A stretch of 64,000 nt of DNA from a virus (taxonomy: Duplodnaviria > Caudoviricetes). The position numbers and the translations under genes were made by a program. Below the pieces are notes generated by a model that was given only the letters and a program-made list of their open reading frames with translations, was not told the origin of the DNA and did no database searches. Shown here piece after piece: positions 58,009 to 64,000 of the stretch (position 1 is the first letter of the stretch; each line of letters begins with the position of its first letter). The stretch covers positions 12,964 through 76,963 of the IMG/VR virus record IMGVR_UViG_3300037424_001593; one strand, written 5' to 3'.

Positions 58009-58527
58009 ATGAAGAACAAGGCACTCAGCATTTTCCTACTGCTCAGCCTCGGTGGCTGCGCGGACAACGTCATCACCGTCGTCCCGGACACGGACGCGGC
58101 CTGCGGAACAACCGAGGACGCAAGCATGGAGCCCGTGACGCAGTGGCGCTGTGTCGGCACGATCCGCAACAGCCAGGGCGACGTGACCGGCTACGTGGAT
58201 AACACGGTGCCCGAGTACACCACGGTGGACGGCTTGCAAACCGTGCAAGCTGTGGATCTCGAGCTCGAGATCTCCGGGTGCAAGCTCGCGTTCCCGGTCG
58301 ATGACCATCTCGTGCGCGCATCTGGCCGCTTCGACGCGGAAGCACCAACGTGGACCGTGCTCGACAGCGAGGACGCAGATTGCGGGGACTTTCTCGGGTC
58401 CTTCACGAACCGAAGCCCGCGCGTCTGGCGTCCAACGCCGCTCGTGGACTCGCGCCTCTTCCTCGTCGAGGACTTCCGCTTCTCGGGCAGCGAGGCCGAC
58501 ATCATCTGCGCCCCGATCGGGGGTTGA
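58009..58527 (+). CDS. Lipoprotein
   Basis: MKNKALSIFLLLSLGGC lipobox. Confidence 0.7.
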   Translation: MKNKALSIFLLLSLGGCADNVITVVPDTDAACGTTEDASMEPVTQWRCVGTIRNSQGDVTGYVDNTVPEYTTVDGLQTVQAVDLELEISGCKLAFPVDDHLVRASGRFDAEAPTWTVLDSEDADCGDFLGSFTNRSPRVWRPTPLVDSRLFLVEDFRFSGSEADIICAPIGG

Positions 58528-58553
58528 CGCCGGCCTGCGGCCTTGCGTAGGAT
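58524..58553 (+). promoter_or_regulatory. Sigma70-like promoter feeding the long non-coding region
   Basis: TTGACG-N18-TAGGAT; spacer contains GGCCTGCGGCC as at 47187. Confidence 0.6.
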
Positions 58554-58555
58554 AG

Positions 58556-59068
58556 AGGTGTTCGGTCGTCTCACTCGCGATTGTAACTCCTCCCACCTGC
58601 AAGCGGCGGCACCTGACTTCGGTTACGTGACGCCCTTGCTCTTTCTGGAGGTCGCTCGTCCTCGAGAAAGTCCCCACGAACAACCGGACCCTAAGGACGT
58701 CGCTACGCGTCATGTCGGGTCGGGTCTAGTAGCGTAGATGTTCGTTGGGGCTTTCGCGGTGACGAGCCGTGTAGCCCGGTAGGTGTACCATGTAACCCCG
58801 TCGGCCCCCTGATGTACGTGAATGTTTAGATTTGTGCGTCGAGCCTGAAGAAGGCATTTGAGAACCTCCTCTACGAGGTGCGTCATGAAGAACTGAACTG
58901 CGGGTCGTGGCTCCCGGACCTATACGGGGCAACGTTGAAGCCTTGACGCATGCTGCGCGACGTTTTCTTTCCCTGAGGAATGAGCCTCGGAGAGGGGAGC
59001 CCACCAGGCGCCGCGCAGCAGCCGTCTCGACTTCAAACCCCAAGGCCTACCGGCCTACCCACAACACC
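58556..59068 (+). ncRNA. Candidate large (about 500 nt) structured ncRNA or leader
   Basis: Multiple nested long-range helices; no credible ORF. Confidence 0.6.
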
Positions 59069-59078
59069 CGAGGATACG

Positions 59079-59536
59079 ATGCACAGCACGAGGTACACCT
59101 TCGACGAAATCGCGATGAAGGGTCGCAGGGTTTGGAAGGACCCGACGACTGGCAAGCGCCGCACGCAGGTCGTGAAGTTCTTCCAAACCGTGAACCCGTT
59201 CAACAAGAACGCTGCGGGGTTCCCGAAGACGCGCGCCGAGATCTACAAGGAGCTCGGCGCAGAGTTTCACGCTTGGGTCGCTGCGGCGCCCGAAGGTGAG
59301 AAGCGCGAGCAGTGGGCATGACCCCGCAACAAGGCAGATTCTACGCCGAGCTCCACGAGCACGTCGCAGCGTGTCGGCGCGCAGCCGATCGCAACGATGC
59401 CGAGCTCACGAGCAACCTTCGCGTTGTAGCCTTCGAGGCTGCGCTTCGTGGCATCGCGCGAGGGCGCAAGGACGCGCGCACGATCGCGAAGATCGTCATC
59501 GACCTCGCGAGCATCGCGACACCGGGGTGGCCGTGA
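59079..59536 (+). CDS. Two small hypothetical ORFs (59079..59321, 59318..59536)
   Basis: RBS GAGGATACGATG; ATGA overlap. Confidence 0.6.
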
Positions 59537-60186
59537 ACCAAGCGTATCCGCTCGCGTGGCCTGACGGTTGGAAGCGCACCGAAGACTTCCGCCGTCAGGA
59601 CTCGAAGTTCAAGGTCACGCTCGCCGCTGCGTGCAGCGACCTCGTGAGCACGCTCCGCAAGCTCGGCGCGGTGGGCACCATCGTCGTCTCGACGAACATC
59701 CCCGCAGGGCGCCTGAACAGCGACGCTGCGCTCTACCCGAAGGCGAGCGCGGAGAAGAAGGTCGAGGACCCCGGCGTAGCGGTCTACTGGACTGTGCGCG
59801 AGGGCACGCACCGAACGCTCACCGCGAAGGTGATGGCGTGCGACTCGTGGCGCACGGTCCGCGAGAACATCCGCGCCCTTTGGCTGGCGCTCGAAGCCCT
59901 TCTGACAATCAGGCGGATCAAGGCGAGCGCTGTGTTCGAGCGCGCGTACAGCGCGTTCAACGTACTGCCCCCCACCGAGGAGGAGCAAGCGCCTCCACCC
60001 GTGAAGCGCTCGTGGCGTGAGGTGCTTGGCTTCACGCTCAAGGTCGCGACGCTGCACGACGTCAAGCTCGCGTATCGCAAGCTGTGCTTCATGCACCACC
60101 CGGATCTCGAGGGCGGGAACAACGCGAAGCAGGTCGAGCTCAACGAGGCATGGGAAGAAGCGAAGAAGGAGCTCGAGGACCAATGA
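59533..60186 (+). CDS. Phage J-domain (DnaJ C-terminal HPD) protein
   Basis: WREVLG...DVKLAYRKL...HHPD.EGG...ELNEAW. Confidence 0.85.
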   Translation: MNQAYPLAWPDGWKRTEDFRRQDSKFKVTLAAACSDLVSTLRKLGAVGTIVVSTNIPAGRLNSDAALYPKASAEKKVEDPGVAVYWTVREGTHRTLTAKVMACDSWRTVRENIRALWLALEALLTIRRIKASAVFERAYSAFNVLPPTEEEQAPPPVKRSWREVLGFTLKVATLHDVKLAYRKLCFMHHPDLEGGNNAKQVELNEAWEEAKKELEDQ

Positions 60187-63100
60187 CGTTGTCGGAGAAG
60201 CTCGGCATCCGTCGCCGCAGTGTCGGCGAATGGATCCTCGTCGCGATCGGCATGTCCTACTGCGTCACGTTGCTTGTCGAGTGCTACCAGGGTGGTTGCT
60301 CTGCTGCACCGCGCATCGACACGTGCGAGCGCGCTGTGCACCACGACGCTCGCGCTGTCGGCTACCAATGCTGCCGTGAGACCTGCGGCGACGCGGGCGT
60401 GAGCGGCTATCTCGTTACCACTGACTCGCACACATGCGTGTGCGGAAATGGATCAAAACCATGAGCACCAGCGCAGACAGTTTGCTCGCCTTGAAGGAAC
60501 GCATTTTCCACTTGGAGAACCGAACACCCACGATACAAGCGCTCGAGGCGCGTATAGCGAAGCTCGAGGCGGCGCTCGCGGAGAAGACTGCACTGAACAA
60601 CGGAACCATAGACGACCGTGCCTGGACAGCGCACGAAGCCTGGTTCAGGGCGCTCAAGGTTGGCGATCCCATCGAGGTGCTTCGCAGCAACGACGTGTGG
60701 CAACTCGCGGTCGTGGACCATGTCCCGCGGCATGGATCAACCGAGATCCACCAAGCGTCGTGGATGGCCGGTCTTGGCCTGCAACTCTCACGCAGGTTCA
60801 CGCTCTACGACTGTCGCAAGCCGCAAGAGGTTGTACCTACGCCGTGGAAGCCAGGTGACCTCGCGACGTACGAGTACTACGGCGCGGGTCGCGACGCTGT
60901 CGTGATAGACGTCACTGCCGACGGCATCTACTGCGCGGTGGACGAATACGCGTCCGGCGAGAACACACTCGACCCCCACTACGCGTGCTTCTTCGTAGAT
61001 GCAAAGCATCTACGCGCGAGGTCAGCATGACGTGCTCCGTGCATGGTGTAGGGTCTGCGATTCTCGGGGGCGGATGCCTTGGCTGTGAGGCGGACGCGCG
61101 CGCAAAGCGCAAGCTTCTCACGGACGCGTTCTTCGATGAAGTCGAGGCGCTCCTCGAGCTCGAATACGACGTGTGGCGCGCGGCCGTGAATACCATGACC
61201 GTGCGTGAGTTCCTCGAGCGCGTCGAGCGCAGAAGGGACAGCAGGCTATGACCGGCTCGCGCCTCACCCTCGTCGGGCCCGATCACGCGCCCGTGAAGCA
61301 CACGTTGCTCGCGCATCTCGAGCGCAGCGATGCGCCGGAGCCGCACTGCGGAGCTGCAGGACGCTTCGTGATGATCGTCGCGAACGAAGAGGAGACCGAG
61401 TACCAGGTGTGCCTCGTGTGCCGTGCGCTGAAAGAAAAGCGCGCGCAGGTCGTGCCCTTTAAGTACCGCGAGCTCGTCGATACGTTCGACCGGCCCGAAG
61501 CAACGTGCGCTCGATACGTTCCGTTCGCGCTGCAGATCCAAGAACCGGAGGACGAGACGTGATGAACTACATCGCTGCAGCTGCGCTTCGCGTTGGCCAC
61601 GTGATCATCACGTTGCCTCCGCCCGCGAGGCATTCCCACCTCATCCGCGCGTGCGCGCACGTTGGGTACGAGGAGTTCGATCGGAACGCGTACGAGCAAG
61701 GCTTCGTCACGAACGACGGCACGTTCGTCACGCGCGCCGAGGCGATGCAAATCGCGCGTGCGCAAGGGCAGCTCATCCCGCGCAGGGGTGGCTATTTGGA
61801 GGGCGCAATCAGCGATAGCGCAGAACTCTATTCGGAGGACTTGTGGTAATGCGAAACATCGACCTTCCAGAAGTCAACGCAGGCGATCACTCGACGCTGC
61901 TCTTCCACCTGTTCGAGCGCGGTTTCAAGATGAACAGCGACGGAGAGTTCGAAGCGCCACTGATGCACCCCATGCTGCACCGGCATTGGTGGGACGCGTT
62001 CATCCTATGCGCGCACTACCACGGACACAAAGACCTCACACGCGTCTGCGCTGCCGTGCAGTACAAGGTACCGTTCGACGCCGTCACGGACGAGCAACGC
62101 GAGTGGGCAAAGCGGCAGCTCTTTGGGACGTTCTACGGACGCCCGTTCACGCTGAGCTACATGATCAGCGAGCTCGTGCAGACGTACGTCGAGGCGACGC
62201 TTCTGCTCGCGCGTGTCGCTCGAGCGGGAGGCGAAGACGAATGACCTGGAAATCGATGGATTCGGCGCCCACAGACGGTACGCGTGTTCTCGTGCGGTAC
62301 GAGAAGTGTGCCGGCTACTTCGACGTCGCCGAGTGTTACGCCGAAGATTACACGAACCGCGGCGCGACAACATGGCGCATGCGTGGGTGCAGCACGCGTG
62401 TAGTGCCAACCCACTGGCAACCTCTATCATCCACCGACCTCTCCGCTCCGTCCCCCATCGTAGAGGCGGAGATACGCGGGATGCGCGCGGGGTTCGCGAT
62501 TGCTCGCAGCGGGGCATGGGCCGACGTGGAACATCATCTTGACACCGCCATTCACGCGCTTCGTGAAGGAGGCGGGCGGTGACCGCGGGGCAAGTCGTGC
62601 AGGCGCTCTGCGTGCGCGTGCAGGCGCAGATGGAAGCCTTCGACACCGAGGGTTACCACACTACGCACCCTGACTTCGTCGGGCACGTGTACGACGCATG
62701 CTGCGCCGCGTACGTCTACGGCGGCGTGTACCTGCACGCGAACGTGCATCGACCGTATTTGTTCGCGTTTGCGACGCTACTGCAGATGGGTGCGGTGCAC
62801 ACGCGCGAGCTCAGCATTTCGGATCTCAGCGTCCGCGAAGGTGCGGAGCGCTGGGAAGTAAAACACGGTGTGCGTTTGCGCATCAAGAAGGCGAAAGAGG
62901 AATAGAGACCATGACGACTGTAGCGACGACCGAGAAACGAAAGCGCCACCGCATCACGTTCTGCGAGCCCGTGACGACGAAGCACGCACGCGACGTGTAT
63001 CGCCGTGAGGTGATCAACGGCGCGGCGAGTGTGTCGTTCCGGACGTGGCTTCGCGCCGCGAATCCGGAAGTGCATCCCGCGAGCTCGGCGCACAAGCTCA

Positions 63101-64000
63101 AGCGCATTTTGCGGGGACGCTAATGGGCAACGTATCTCTCGGGCGGCACAGCGTGCTGCTGCGGCTCGACGAAATCGAGCTACACGCCCACGAAGAGCCA
63201 GGCTCACGTACAGTCGTCGAGCTCTGCCAAGCAGCGCGCGATCTCGTGCAGGAAGTCACGGCGCTGCAGGATCGCGTGGACGCGCTCGAGCTTGCGCGCG
63301 AAGAGCTCGAAGAGACGTTGTCTCGCACGTGCGAGATGCCGGACGATGACTGTCAGTGCGCGGGCTGTCTCGCGCTTGCGGAATACGCCGCGAAGGAGAA
63401 CGCGAAGTCATGACCGGACGCGCAACACTCGCCGCATGCACGGTGACGAGGAACGCGCCTGCAACATCATCCGCGCGTGGGGTGTACCAGTCGATTGACA
63501 CAGCCGCGCCTACGGCGCTAGGCTTGGAGCTCGTTGGTTCTTCGTGGATCATCGAGCCCAACCCGCAAGGCGCCGAGGGACCGCAAGGTACCCCGGCCTT
63601 TGCCTTTTCAAGGGCTCGAACCGCGACAAGGAGAAACCGACATGACCGACACGCGCAGACGCATGCAGCACAACGACGAGCCGATCAACCCGGACATGGG
63701 TGAAGGTCGCCACCAAGATTCGCTTCGTCGCCTTCGCGCGCGCATCGCCGATGGCCTTGAGCTCCGCATGGGCGACGACGACACGATCGGCAACAGGTCT
63801 ACGTCGTGCACGTGGGGCTTGTGCTCGATCGATCCTGAACAGTGGCCCGAGCACGACGACCACATCTGGCCCGAAGACCACAGGAAGCGTTTGCGCATTG
63901 CGCCGCGCACCGCGGACGATCAAACGTGTCCACACGACCAACGCGCTACAGGCCAACATTTCGGGTGCTTCTACCGCTGTGCGATGTTCCAGGCGAAGAC
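60183..64000 (+). CDS. Run of small hypothetical phage ORFs (including DUF551-like 62241..62582), last one truncated
   Basis: Continuous coupled overlaps; MTWKSMDSAPTDGTRVL. Confidence 0.55.

Noticed and set aside
58660-59010. RNase P RNA or tmRNA (GAGAAAGTCC, CCACCA)
   Set aside because: Only short resemblances; the P4 3' strand, T-loop and tRNA-like domain are not found.

Overview
This window looks like part of a GC-rich bacterial virus genome or provirus. It carries no recognisable portal, terminase, HK97 capsid or tail genes. Instead it encodes five paralogous, beta-rich putative jelly-roll capsid proteins, many small membrane-anchored and Lys/Arg-rich virion-type proteins, and two spike-like paralogs, so it may be an unusually large tailless, membrane-containing phage (inference; needs structure prediction). 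It has its own replication, recombination and nucleotide genes: family A polymerase with an N-terminal UDG-like domain, DUF3987-type helicase, SNF2 helicase, Cas4-like exonuclease/Sak4/SSB, ThyX, MazG-like and two DEDD exonucleases. It also has a lysis module, a sigma factor with only region 2 recognisable, and a tyrosine recombinase. Non-coding signals read directly from the sequence are: (i) an array of small genes (52.3-56.4 kb) in which most genes or gene groups are preceded by a hairpin repeat with conserved arms and a variable stem; (ii) a GNGGKATAAGA motif upstream of seven structural-type genes; (iii) a ~500-nt and a ~190-nt highly paired intergenic RNA candidate, the shorter one with complementary (kissing) loops; (iv) a palindrome-dense control region at ~52 kb; and (v) a recurrent xG[LFM]G peptide motif in virion-type proteins, next to a transglutaminase-like Cys-His-Asp enzyme. 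All family assignments are from motif recognition by eye; no database searches or folding programs were run.
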